Source: a virus
Lineage: Duplodnaviria > Caudoviricetes
Direction: 5' to 3' (one strand)
Virus record (IMG/VR): IMGVR_UViG_3300016652_000023
Span: 1 to 60,847 of that record
Length of the DNA: 60,847 nucleotides
Both the position numbers and the translations under genes were made by a program. Position 1 is the first letter of the stretch. Every line of letters starts with the position of its first letter. Positions 28,795-38,484 of this stretch are shown piece by piece. Under the pieces are notes generated by a model. It ran no database searches. It saw only the letters and a list, made by a program, of their open reading frames with translations, and was not told where the DNA came from.

Positions 28795-30885
28795 ATGCCT
28801 AGCACATGGTCAGACCTTAAATTTGAACTGTTAGCAGAAGGTTCTACAAACTGGAACACCCCCACCAACGCTAATATCGGCACTGCCATAGAGCAGGCAA
28901 TTGGGGGTAGGGCTAACGTAACAATGTCATCGGCGTCGCAGTCATTAACGCTTACAGACACAACTAACTTACAAGATGCCCGAGCGTTGTATTTAAACCT
29001 TACCGGGACACCGGGAGGAGTAGCAACACTTAATGTACCTGCGGTTGAAAAGCCTTATATTGTTTACAACAACACAACAGGTGGGTTTGCGGTTACTGTC
29101 AAAGTAAGTGGACAGACCGGGGTGTCTGTGCCGAATGGCAAGGTCATGGTGCTTTATGACAATGGTACTGATGTTGTTGATGCGATTACTCACTTATCTT
29201 CACTTACGCTTGGCGCAGCCCTTCCAGTGGCTTCTGGGGGTACAGGGGTAACAACTTCCACAGGATCGGGTAATAACGTTTTATCCACCTCCCCAACGCT
29301 GGTAACTCCCGTCTTAGGCACCCCAACTTCGGGAACGTTGACCAATTGCACGGGTTTGCCATTATCCACAGGCGTAACGGGGAATCTTCCAGTAGCTAAT
29401 TTAAACGGCGGCACAAGCGCATCTTCGTCCACATTCTGGCGTGGTGATGGTACATGGGCCGCACCTAGTGGTTCCCTGACAGGTATAACAAATTCTGGGT
29501 CGCCCTATCAAACAGCGCTTGGCGGGAATGCCCTTACGTCCAATCTATCTGGTGTAGGGAATACCGCTTTAGGGTATGCCTCGCTTAATGCACTTACAAC
29601 TGGAGTTAGAAATGTTGCCGTGGGATGGGCTTCATTAAGCAGTAATAACGGATCCTATAATGTTGCAGTTGGTGAGAATGCGTTAAATAGTAATACTACC
29701 GGCAATTCTAACGTGGCTGTAGGAAGGGCCGCCTTACTAAACAATACAACAAGCAGTAATTCCGTTGCAGTGGGGTTTAGTGCGTTGGCGTCTAACACAG
29801 CAGCAAGCACTGTTGCTGTCGGTTATCAAGCTTTACTGTCTAATACATCAGGCACAAGAAATACTGCCGTTGGTTTCAACGCCTTATATGCAAATGACAC
29901 ATCTAGTAAGCAAACGGCTGTTGGTTATCAAGCTTTAAGCCAAGCAACGGGAGCTTCAAACACAGCCGTTGGGTCTGACGCAGGCACCGCCATTACAACC
30001 GGGACTTCAAATACGGCCTTGGGTGAAAGCGCATTGACAGCCCTTATAACAGGATCATATTGTGTAGCTGTTGGCGCTCAAGCCGCAATAAATAATACAA
30101 CAGATTACACAACTGCTATTGGTTATCAAGCGCTTGCAGCTAATACATCGGGAAATTACAACACGGCAGTTGGTTATGGAACTTTAGCCGCAAACACGAC
30201 ACAAAGTTACCAAACGGCTGTTGGGTTTCAAGCTTTAAGGCTAGCAACTGGAACTTCAAACACGGCTTTAGGCTCTTATGCAGGGTGGAGCATATCAACC
30301 GGCACCTCAAATGTGGCAGTTGGTGACAATGCACTTATCAATGTAACAACAGCGGCATCTTGCGTTGCCGTAGGCTCTAGTGCGTTATTTGCAGCAACAG
30401 GAGGTTTGAATACGGCAGTAGGGCGAGACGCAGGAAAGACGCTTACATCAGGAACAAACAACACCATACTTGGATACAACGCACAGCCAAGTTCTGCCAC
30501 TGTTTCAAACCAGATCACCCTCGGCGACTCCAGCATCTCAACCCTAAGATGTCAGGTCACAAGCATCACTGCCTTATCCGATGCGCGGGATAAAACCAGC
30601 ATTGTGCCGATCCAAGCAGGGCTTGATTTTGTCAGGCAGCTTAAGCCCGTAGCTTTTACTTGGAACATGCGCGATAGCGGTAAGGTCGGTGTCCCTGATA
30701 CAGGATTCATTGCTCAAGATTTGGTCAAAGCGCAAAACGATGCAGGCGTTACGATTCCTGGGCTTGTATACGCAGAAAATCCCGACAAGCTAGAAGCTGC
30801 CTACGGCAAACTGATCCCGGTGCTTGTGCAAGCTATTAAGGATTTGACCGACAAGGTTGAGGCGCTTGAACTGAGGCAGCGATGA
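28795..30885 (+). CDS. Tail fibre with beta-solenoid N(T/V)AVG..AL repeats and C-terminal intramolecular chaperone (peptidase S74-like)
   Basis: ~14-aa NTAVG repeats; 'SDARDKT.I', 'L.PV.F.W', 'GFIAQDL', '[15 protein letters not shown]'. Confidence 0.85.
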   Translation: MPSTWSDLKFELLAEGSTNWNTPTNANIGTAIEQAIGGRANVTMSSASQSLTLTDTTNLQDARALYLNLTGTPGGVATLNVPAVEKPYIVYNNTTGGFAVTVKVSGQTGVSVPNGKVMVLYDNGTDVVDAITHLSSLTLGAALPVASGGTGVTTSTGSGNNVLSTSPTLVTPVLGTPTSGTLTNCTGLPLSTGVTGNLPVANLNGGTSASSSTFWRGDGTWAAPSGSLTGITNSGSPYQTALGGNALTSNLSGVGNTALGYASLNALTTGVRNVAVGWASLSSNNGSYNVAVGENALNSNTTGNSNVAVGRAALLNNTTSSNSVAVGFSALASNTAASTVAVGYQALLSNTSGTRNTAVGFNALYANDTSSKQTAVGYQALSQATGASNTAVGSDAGTAITTGTSNTALGESALTALITGSYCVAVGAQAAINNTTDYTTAIGYQALAANTSGNYNTAVGYGTLAANTTQSYQTAVGFQALRLATGTSNTALGSYAGWSISTGTSNVAVGDNALINVTTAASCVAVGSSALFAATGGLNTAVGRDAGKTLTSGTNNTILGYNAQPSSATVSNQITLGDSSISTLRCQVTSITALSDARDKTSIVPIQAGLDFVRQLKPVAFTWNMRDSGKVGVPDTGFIAQDLVKAQNDAGVTIPGLVYAENPDKLEAAYGKLIPVLVQAIKDLTDKVEALELRQR

Positions 30886-31151
30886 ACTGGTCAGATGTTT
30901 TAAAGGCAGTCATTCCGGTCATCGTGGCTTCGCTTGCGTGGCTCTTGCAGCAAGTAGCTGACTTCTCAACGCGTCTGACCAAGATTGAAGGTGCTATGCC
31001 TGCCTTAATTACTAAGGAAGGTGTGCCGACTGATAGCCCAATCTCTGCTGAGAAACGCGCCTTACAGAAAGAGCAACTCATGCAACACATCAACGAGCTT
31101 CAAGTCAAAGTTCGGTTGCTTGAAGAACGTGAAAAACTGGGGAAACGATAA
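30882..31151 (+). CDS. Membrane-anchored coiled-coil protein of the lysis module
   Basis: Hydrophobic N-terminal helix; next to holin and endolysin. Confidence 0.6.
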   Translation: MNWSDVLKAVIPVIVASLAWLLQQVADFSTRLTKIEGAMPALITKEGVPTDSPISAEKRALQKEQLMQHINELQVKVRLLEEREKLGKR

Positions 31152-31636
31152 TGTTTGAACTACTCGGTGGTGGTTTGCTTGGCAGTATCTTTGGTGGTTT
31201 GTTCCGGCTTGCACCTGAAGTCCTAAAATTTTTGGACAAGAAGAACGAGCGCCAGCACGAGCTGTCCATGTTCCAGCTCCAGACCGACTTGGAGAAGATG
31301 CGCGGTGAGTTCAAGATGGAGGAGAAGTATGTTGACTACTCCATTCAGCAGATGGACACGATTAAAGAGGCATTTAAGGAACAGGCTACCACTGCTAAGG
31401 AAGCTGGGTGGCTTGCGTCTTTTATCACTGCTATTACCCGTCCGGGCCTTACTTGGATTGCTTTTGGCGTGTACGTGGCTGTTAAAGCAGCCGGTTTGAC
31501 GATTGCGTTTCAGACCAATGCAAACTGGGCTGAAGTCCTAACCAAGAGCTACGACGAGGATGACTTCGCCATGCTGAACATGATGCTAACGTTCTGGTTT
31601 GTAGGACGGTCTATTGAGAAGTACAACAAATCGTGA
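31151..31636 (+). CDS. Putative holin
   Basis: Several hydrophobic segments, 'ITRPGLTW' and 'FWFVGRS' motifs; directly upstream of lysozyme. Confidence 0.65.
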   Translation: MFELLGGGLLGSIFGGLFRLAPEVLKFLDKKNERQHELSMFQLQTDLEKMRGEFKMEEKYVDYSIQQMDTIKEAFKEQATTAKEAGWLASFITAITRPGLTWIAFGVYVAVKAAGLTIAFQTNANWAEVLTKSYDEDDFAMLNMMLTFWFVGRSIEKYNKS

Positions 31637-32100
31637 ATGAAGCAAAGAAGCTTTGCAAAGATGTACTGATCAAGCCCTTTGAGGGGCTAGCAAAGCGTTT
31701 GCCTGACGGACGTGTACAAGCATATCCCGACCCCGGAACCCGAGGGCATCCTTGGACAATCGGTTGGGGTGCAACCGGCCCTGATATTAATCCCGGTACG
31801 ATCTGGACGATGCAGCAGTGTGAAGACGCCTTGGATCATCATGTGGAGTATTTTTGGCGAGAGCTGATTAAACAGTCCCCTACCATCCAAACCGCGCTGC
31901 CAAGACGCATTGCCGCTGTGACTAGCTGGGTCTACAATTGTGGCCTAGGAAATTATCGGGTTTCCACGTTTAAAAAGCGCGTTGATGCGGGGGATTGGGA
32001 CGGAGCAGCGGATCAATGTATGCTCTGGAACAAAGCTGCCGGTAGAGTTCTCCCCGGCCTCACTCGCCGTCGCGCCGCCGAAGCTGCCTTAATGAGGTGA
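31633..32100 (+). CDS. Endolysin, GH24 phage lysozyme
   Basis: FEG...AYPDP....WTIGWGAT; 'YNCG.G'; 'WNKAAGRVLPGLTRRR.AE'. Confidence 0.93.
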   Translation: MNEAKKLCKDVLIKPFEGLAKRLPDGRVQAYPDPGTRGHPWTIGWGATGPDINPGTIWTMQQCEDALDHHVEYFWRELIKQSPTIQTALPRRIAAVTSWVYNCGLGNYRVSTFKKRVDAGDWDGAADQCMLWNKAAGRVLPGLTRRRAAEAALMR

Positions 32101-32103
32101 GCA

Positions 32104-34176
32104 ATGCCACTTAGAAAGATTCTGTTTAAACCCGGAGTAAACAAAGAAAACACCCGATACACTAACGAGAATGGTTGGTATGTCAGTGAGAAGGTTAGGT
32201 TTCGTCAGGGTACGCCTGAGAAAATAGGTGGCTGGCAGCAAATCTCTGGTAATACATTTTTAGGTGTGTGTCGTTCACTTTGGAATTGGGTGACGCTTAC
32301 ATACTTAAATCTTATGGGCGTAGGAACTAACCTAAAGTATTACATTGAGCAAAACGGTACTTACAATGACATTACGCCTATCCGCGCAACCACAACGCTA
32401 GGTGCAAATCCTTTTACAGGCAACGGCACGACAACTGTCACAGTCACAGCTACTTCTCACGGTGCAATTACAGGTGACTATGTAACCTTTAGCGGGGTAA
32501 CTGGAACCTATGCGTCGTTGTTAAACGCTCAATATCAACTCACTAAAGTAAGCGATAACTCCTACACTATTACCACTGCCTCTGTTGTAGCGGCTGGCGC
32601 TACAGGTGGTTCTGCGGTTGTTGCAACGTACCAAATCAATACCGGACCTGCTATCCAGACACCTAACATTGGCTGGGGTGCTGGTGGATGGGGGCTTGGT
32701 GGTTGGGGTACTGGCACAACAAGTGTAGATTCGTTGCGGGTATGGTCAAACGCAAACTTTGGTGAGGATCTTGTGTTTGGCCCACGGGGTGGTGGGTTGT
32801 ACTACTGGGATGCAACTAGCGGACTTGCTTCAAGAGGGGTTAACGTAAACACATTAGCTGGCAATGTTACGCTTACTATTGCATCACCATGCGTCATGAC
32901 ATTTGCATCTGCACCCGCGCTTGCCGTGGTTGTTGGCACACCCATCAGATTGGCAACAACAGGTAGCCTGCCCACTGGTTTAAACACAACAACAACGTAT
33001 TACATCATCAATTATGATGCAACGACATTGACATGTAATCTCGCAACATCGCCTACTGGCACGGCAATCAACACAAGCGGCACTCAATCAGGGACGCAAA
33101 GTTTGGTTTTAATGGACGTCCCAACCGTCCAGAATTACATCATTGTTTCTGATGCGTATCGTTTTGTTATTTTGTTTGGCACTCAAGATTACGGGTCAAC
33201 AACTCAAGATCCTATGTTGATACGATGGTCAGACCAAGAATCCGTAACTGATTGGGCACCATCTGCTATTAACCAAGCAGGATCTATACGCTTGTCTCAT
33301 GGGTCTGAGATTGTCACAGCTATACAAACCCGACAAGAAATTGTTGTATGGACTGACTCATCATTGTATTCGCTTCAATATCTTGGCGCACCGTTTGTAT
33401 GGGGTACGCAGTTACTTGGGGACAACATATCAATTGTTAGCCAAAATGCAGCAGCTATCGGTTCTGGTGTTGTGTATTGGATGGGTGTAGATAAGTTCTA
33501 TATGTACGATGGTCGCATCCAAACACTTAACTGTGACCTTCGGCGGCATGTCTTTGGTGACATTAATACAGATCAATATGAGCAAGTATTTGCCAGCACA
33601 AATGAAGGCTTTAATGAAATCTGGTGGTTTTACTGTTCTTCAAGCTCATCTACGGTAGACAGATATGTCGTATATAACTACCTAGAACGTATTTGGTATT
33701 ACGGTTCTATGGCAAGAACAGCATGGATTGACTCTGGTTTAAGGGACTATCCACAGGCGGCAACGTATTCAAATAACTTGGTAAACCATGAGTTTGGCGT
33801 TGATGACAACACATCAGGAACGCCTGCTCCTATTGAAGCTTACATAGAATCCGCAGAGTTTGATATTGAGGATGGTCAAAACTTTGGATTTGTCTGGCGT
33901 ATGTTGCCCGATTTAACCTTTCAAGGATCTTCCGCAACAACACCGCAAGTCACCATGACGCTTTATGGTATGAACGGTTCTGGCTCTGGGTTAAATCAAG
34001 AGGTGGCAAAGTCTGTTGCCCGTACATCTACAGCAGTGATTGAACAGTTTACCAATATCATTTATACCAGAGTGCGTGGTAGGCAAATGATTATGAAGGT
34101 TGGCTCAGATGGTCTTGGCACAACGTGGCAACTTGGAGCGCCTCGTATAGATGTGCGTATGGATGGAAGACGATGA
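32104..34176 (+). CDS. Putative tail nozzle / packaged-DNA stabilisation protein
   Basis: 'K.RFRQG.PEKIGGW', 'IRWSDQE...W.P...NQAG..RL..GS.I', beta-propeller-like composition. Confidence 0.6.
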   Translation: MPLRKILFKPGVNKENTRYTNENGWYVSEKVRFRQGTPEKIGGWQQISGNTFLGVCRSLWNWVTLTYLNLMGVGTNLKYYIEQNGTYNDITPIRATTTLGANPFTGNGTTTVTVTATSHGAITGDYVTFSGVTGTYASLLNAQYQLTKVSDNSYTITTASVVAAGATGGSAVVATYQINTGPAIQTPNIGWGAGGWGLGGWGTGTTSVDSLRVWSNANFGEDLVFGPRGGGLYYWDATSGLASRGVNVNTLAGNVTLTIASPCVMTFASAPALAVVVGTPIRLATTGSLPTGLNTTTTYYIINYDATTLTCNLATSPTGTAINTSGTQSGTQSLVLMDVPTVQNYIIVSDAYRFVILFGTQDYGSTTQDPMLIRWSDQESVTDWAPSAINQAGSIRLSHGSEIVTAIQTRQEIVVWTDSSLYSLQYLGAPFVWGTQLLGDNISIVSQNAAAIGSGVVYWMGVDKFYMYDGRIQTLNCDLRRHVFGDINTDQYEQVFASTNEGFNEIWWFYCSSSSSTVDRYVVYNYLERIWYYGSMARTAWIDSGLRDYPQAATYSNNLVNHEFGVDDNTSGTPAPIEAYIESAEFDIEDGQNFGFVWRMLPDLTFQGSSATTPQVTMTLYGMNGSGSGLNQEVAKSVARTSTAVIEQFTNIIYTRVRGRQMIMKVGSDGLGTTWQLGAPRIDVRMDGRR

Positions 34177-34811
34177 GAATTGAACATCCAGCCGCACCTA
34201 ACCTACCGCTTGCCCCTATAGAGTATGAGTCTAGGTATCAGGAGTCATTTAACAATGTATTACGCCTATACTTCAATCGTTTAAACGGCAACCTTTTATC
34301 ATTGTTTGGCATCTATGGGGGTAGGTTTATTGACCTTCCTCTTGGTTCGTTCTATGACACAACCGATCAGTCAGCAGCATCTACAACAACAGCGTATCCA
34401 ATTACTTTCAATAGTACGTCCATTGATAATGGTGTAAACATTGTCAATAGTTCAGAAATTCATGTTGATTATGCAGGGTATTACAACATTCAATTTAGTT
34501 TGCAGTTATCCAACAATGATAATGCCGCACAAGATGTGGACGTTTGGTTTCGTAAAAACGGTGTTGATATTGCCAATTCAAATAGCCGATTTGGTTTAGC
34601 TCCGCGCAAATCTATAGGCGATCCATTTCATATTGTTGCGGCTTTAAACTTTATTGTTGATTTGACGGCAGATGATTACTGTCAGCTTTATTGGCAAACA
34701 ACAAATACCAATGTCAAAATTGAACATTACACGGCTGGCACTTCGCCAACCCGTCCTGCTATTCCGTCAGTGATATTGACGGCAACCTTTGTATCTTCAG
34801 TACCGGAGTAG
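34173..34811 (+). CDS. Putative virion protein
   Basis: 'APNLPLAP.EY...Y...F.NVLRLYFN.L' N-terminus, beta-sandwich-like C-terminus. Confidence 0.65.
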   Translation: MRIEHPAAPNLPLAPIEYESRYQESFNNVLRLYFNRLNGNLLSLFGIYGGRFIDLPLGSFYDTTDQSAASTTTAYPITFNSTSIDNGVNIVNSSEIHVDYAGYYNIQFSLQLSNNDNAAQDVDVWFRKNGVDIANSNSRFGLAPRKSIGDPFHIVAALNFIVDLTADDYCQLYWQTTNTNVKIEHYTAGTSPTRPAIPSVILTATFVSSVPE

Positions 34812-34814
34812 ATC

Positions 34815-35831
34815 ATGGCAGACGGCGGGCAATCAAATACGGTTATTGACACAAGCCAAACTAATACTGACCCTAATACTGCGGTTAATCCTAATCCAGG
34901 CTCTGTAGATACAACAGATTACAATCCGACAACGGTAAGTCAATGGTGGGACACACAGCAAGCCGTTGGCGGGACGCCTAACTTTAGTACGTTTCCATTT
35001 GGTCAGGCGGCAAACGCTATTCTAGGTGGCAGCGGTGGCGGTATGGGTGCTGGGCTTGCGCTAGGCCTTGGGGCTTTGGCGGCTGCGTTATCTAGGCAGC
35101 AAGCACCTACAGTTAAACAACCCGAATACAAAGCTGCGCCTGTCTATAACCGTGCATTGACTGCGCCCCTTTATCCGCCGCAGCCAGCACCACAAAAATC
35201 TGCATCAGGCCAAAACATTTACACGCCGATGAGAGGCATGCCTTTGTTTTTTAACCCGAATCCATTCCAGTTTGACCCAACAGAAGCGGCCAAGCGTTAC
35301 GGCCCAACGCCGGAACAAATTGCACAGGGCCAAGCGGGTTATGAAGCAGGGTTAGCTTCTTTGTATAAGCCTATAACTATTGCCCCTATTACCTATGCAG
35401 GAGCAAATACTGTCACAGGCGCATCGGGTAATGACACAGTGTCTGGTGGTGCTAGTACGGGTCAAGGTGCAACAGGCAATGACTCAGTAACTGGCGGTGC
35501 ATCCGGTGGCGCAGTAAACGACATCTTTGTTGGCTTTGACGATGGGCAGGTTGGTTATAACGAAGGCGGCATGGCGATGGGCCGATACCTTTCTGGTGGC
35601 GGCGATGGTATGTCAGACAGCATCCCAGCGACGATCAATAATCGACAGCCAGCTCGGCTAGCAGACGGGGAGTTCGTTGTGCCTGCGGACGTCGTTGCGG
35701 ACCTTGGTAATGGGTCATCCAATGCAGGGGCGAAGAAGCTCTATGCCATGATGAAAAGGATTCGCAAGGCAAGGCATGGGACAAACAAGCAGCCGCCACA
35801 GGTTAAAGCTGAGAAATCAATGCCAGCATGA
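34815..35831 (+). CDS. Putative internal virion/ejection protein
   Basis: G/A-rich; 'GGGDGMSDSIPA...ARLADGEFVVPADVV' motif. Confidence 0.6.
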   Translation: MADGGQSNTVIDTSQTNTDPNTAVNPNPGSVDTTDYNPTTVSQWWDTQQAVGGTPNFSTFPFGQAANAILGGSGGGMGAGLALGLGALAAALSRQQAPTVKQPEYKAAPVYNRALTAPLYPPQPAPQKSASGQNIYTPMRGMPLFFNPNPFQFDPTEAAKRYGPTPEQIAQGQAGYEAGLASLYKPITIAPITYAGANTVTGASGNDTVSGGASTGQGATGNDSVTGGASGGAVNDIFVGFDDGQVGYNEGGMAMGRYLSGGGDGMSDSIPATINNRQPARLADGEFVVPADVVADLGNGSSNAGAKKLYAMMKRIRKARHGTNKQPPQVKAEKSMPA

Positions 35832-36196
35832 ATGATGAGACGCAAACAGAATGGCAGCGTTGCGCCCCTTGGATACAGGCGGCGCTAGATCATGCTGGAA
35901 ATTTGTTTGCTGTTGAAGATGTATGGGAAGAAATTAGCCTGGGGCGAGCACAGTTTTGGCCTGGGAATGAATGTGCGTTAGTCACAGAAATTAAACAATA
36001 CCCCAGAAAGCGCGTGTTAAATGTATGGCTGGCCGGGGGGAAGTTAGAAGAACTCATGGTGATGTCTAATTACATCCGTGAGTATGCAAAACGCTGCCAA
36101 TGTGATGCAATGACAATCCAAGGCAGGCCTGGGTGGCAGAAAATGTTCCCGCAACGATTAAAGACAGTAACTCTGATAGAAGAGGTATCGCAATGA
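35828..36196 (+). CDS. Hypothetical protein, possibly GNAT-like fold
   Basis: 'LNVWLAGG.L..L...I..YAK...CD...I.GR.GW' pattern, placed among ejection genes. Confidence 0.5.
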   Translation: MNDETQTEWQRCAPWIQAALDHAGNLFAVEDVWEEISLGRAQFWPGNECALVTEIKQYPRKRVLNVWLAGGKLEELMVMSNYIREYAKRCQCDAMTIQGRPGWQKMFPQRLKTVTLIEEVSQ

Positions 36197-36939
36197 GCAC
36201 AGGCGGACCAGCACAAACAGTCACGCAACTACCCCCAGAATTTCAAATGCCGTACATGTCGGACGTGTACCGCATGGGGCAGCAAGTTGCATACACACCT
36301 TATACGGCTTATGGTGGGCAACGGTTTGCGGAAACAGCGCCTCTGTATCAACAAGGTGTAGAACAAGCCCAGCAGTTGGCTTCAACACCTGGGATGCTTG
36401 GCCAGATTAATGTTGGCGGGCAGAACATGGGCGTGATGCAAGCCTATATGAATCCTTACCAGCAGGCCGTTACGGATGTCGCCAAGGGCGCTGCGGTAAG
36501 AGAGTATGGTCAAGGTTTAAACCAGCTCAAAGCGCAGGCTGCATCACGCGGTGCTTTTGGTGGCTCACGTCAGGCGATCATGGAATCAGAACTGGCGAGG
36601 AACCTTGGCTCTCAACTAGGCAATATCCAGATGCAGGGATCTGCTGCGGCTTATGACAAAGCGGGTCAGCTTTATCAGCAGGACTATGCCAATCAAATGG
36701 CTAAGGCCCAGGCGCTGCAACAAATGGGTCTTACGGATGAAGCCCGTCGGCAGCGCGACCTCGATGCTATGTACGAAGAGTTCCAACGCCAACGTGATTA
36801 TCCGGCGCAACAAGCCCAGCAATATAGGAATATTGTATTTGGTGGCCCCGCTTATAAGTCGGAGTCCACTTATGAATCTAGTGGCAACCCGTTGGTACAG
36901 GGTCTAGGTTTAGCCCGTCTGTTGTACGGAGGTTTCTAA
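36193..36939 (+). CDS. Putative ejection (DNA pilot) protein
   Basis: Q/A/G-rich; 'YMNPYQQAV', 'GAFGGSRQAI'. Confidence 0.6.
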   Translation: MSTGGPAQTVTQLPPEFQMPYMSDVYRMGQQVAYTPYTAYGGQRFAETAPLYQQGVEQAQQLASTPGMLGQINVGGQNMGVMQAYMNPYQQAVTDVAKGAAVREYGQGLNQLKAQAASRGAFGGSRQAIMESELARNLGSQLGNIQMQGSAAAYDKAGQLYQQDYANQMAKAQALQQMGLTDEARRQRDLDAMYEEFQRQRDYPAQQAQQYRNIVFGGPAYKSESTYESSGNPLVQGLGLARLLYGGF

Positions 36940-38483
36940 TGTATCAGCCCGCACCATCGTCTGGCTTGGGGGCCGACGTCAATGTGATTGAAGCGATGGA
37001 GATGTTTAAAGACCTCTCCGACAATCAGCTCAATCAAGCAAAGATGAATCCGGTCTATTCGTTGTTTGCAACGATAGAACAAAATCGTAGGCTAAGAACG
37101 CGATCTGGCCAGCAAAAACCTGCGCCTAACAAGACTATTGCACAACAATTATCTGAAGCTTCATCCGGGATGATGTCTGCGCCTAAAAGCATGCCAGCTG
37201 CACCAGCGCCTCAAGGTATGCCACAAGTCCAGCCGACACAACAGCAACAAGCAGGCCTTGGTGCATTAATGGGTGGGCCGCAAGCTATGGCCGAGCCACA
37301 AGGGATGGCCGGAGGTGGGATGATTGGCGGGCCGGTGGCATTTAGCAACGGCTTGATGGTTGAATCGGAAGAAGAAAAAGCCAAGAGGTTAGAGCGTGAA
37401 CGTATCCAGCGTGAACTTGATGAGCCCTATCGTCCGGCAAATCCTATGGCAGGACAGGCTGCCAGACAAGAGCCTTATCGTGAGGCCCAACGTGAAACCG
37501 AACGTCTGGCCCAGCGTGCAACAGATGCTCAACAGCAACGCGTTAGAAACGAACAGCAGGCCGGTCTTGCCGATTTGGATCGCCGCTTACGTCAACAACC
37601 GACAGGACAGTCAGGCCAGATTGATTTCGGTCGTTTGTTAGGTGCACTGCCTACGGGATTAAGAGCAGACGCGCCGCAGATTATGAGCACGAAAGACTAT
37701 GAATCTGCTGTAGCCAAACGCGAAGAAGCAATGGCTAAGAAATTTGGCGATCAAGTTAGCCCAATTGCAGAGCAGCTAGCAAAACTTACGGGCCAAACCA
37801 TGTCTCCCGAAGAAATGCAAAGGCGGGCGACAAGAGAATCTGCATTGGCCATGATGGCTGGCAAACGACGTGACTTTGCTGGTGCATTGAGTGAAGGTCT
37901 TATGGCTGGTGATAAAGCCAAGGCAGCACTGGAAGAAACCAACCGTCAGCGCCAGATCTTGGGTCTGCAAGCCCAAATGACTAATGCTAAGTACAAAGAT
38001 TCACTGGCTCGTCAGAATTTTGCTGATGCAGAAAAGTACGCCAATGAATTGCGTGAGTTGGATTTCAAACAAAAACAGCTCAACCAAAATGCTGCTGTGC
38101 TTAATGCCAACATCATCAAGGATCTTGCCCAGGCACAAGCGGCGCTTCGCCCCCCGGCGTCGGCAGGATCTAAGCCGCTGACTCCGGCCCAGATGCTTCC
38201 TATTTACAAAGAGGCGTTGTCAAAAGCCAAGCCAGAGATTGACGCTTTGGATAAAGAGTTTGAAGGACGAACAGGCATTATGGCCAGCCTATTCTCCGGC
38301 ATGAGTGGTAAGAAACCTTTGCCTGCAAACTGGCGCGAAGATCCCAAAGCACAATGGGCTAGAAATGAATATGACCAACGTCGTCAGTCCATCATTAATA
38401 AACATGTATCTGACTTAACTGGCGGTATGCTTGGTTCGATTGATTTATCTAACCCGCAAAAACTTGCAGAGGCGATGAGATAA
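36939..38483 (+). CDS. Putative ejection protein
   Basis: Q/A/M-rich helical protein between pilot-like gene and polyvalent gene. Confidence 0.55.
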   Translation: MYQPAPSSGLGADVNVIEAMEMFKDLSDNQLNQAKMNPVYSLFATIEQNRRLRTRSGQQKPAPNKTIAQQLSEASSGMMSAPKSMPAAPAPQGMPQVQPTQQQQAGLGALMGGPQAMAEPQGMAGGGMIGGPVAFSNGLMVESEEEKAKRLERERIQRELDEPYRPANPMAGQAARQEPYREAQRETERLAQRATDAQQQRVRNEQQAGLADLDRRLRQQPTGQSGQIDFGRLLGALPTGLRADAPQIMSTKDYESAVAKREEAMAKKFGDQVSPIAEQLAKLTGQTMSPEEMQRRATRESALAMMAGKRRDFAGALSEGLMAGDKAKAALEETNRQRQILGLQAQMTNAKYKDSLARQNFADAEKYANELRELDFKQKQLNQNAAVLNANIIKDLAQAQAALRPPASAGSKPLTPAQMLPIYKEALSKAKPEIDALDKEFEGRTGIMASLFSGMSGKKPLPANWREDPKAQWARNEYDQRRQSIINKHVSDLTGGMLGSIDLSNPQKLAEAMR

Positions 38484-38484
38484 G

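Noticed and set aside
26473-30885. Diversity-generating retroelement targeting the tail fibres
   Set aside because: No reverse transcriptase and no template/variable repeat pair differing only at adenines was seen
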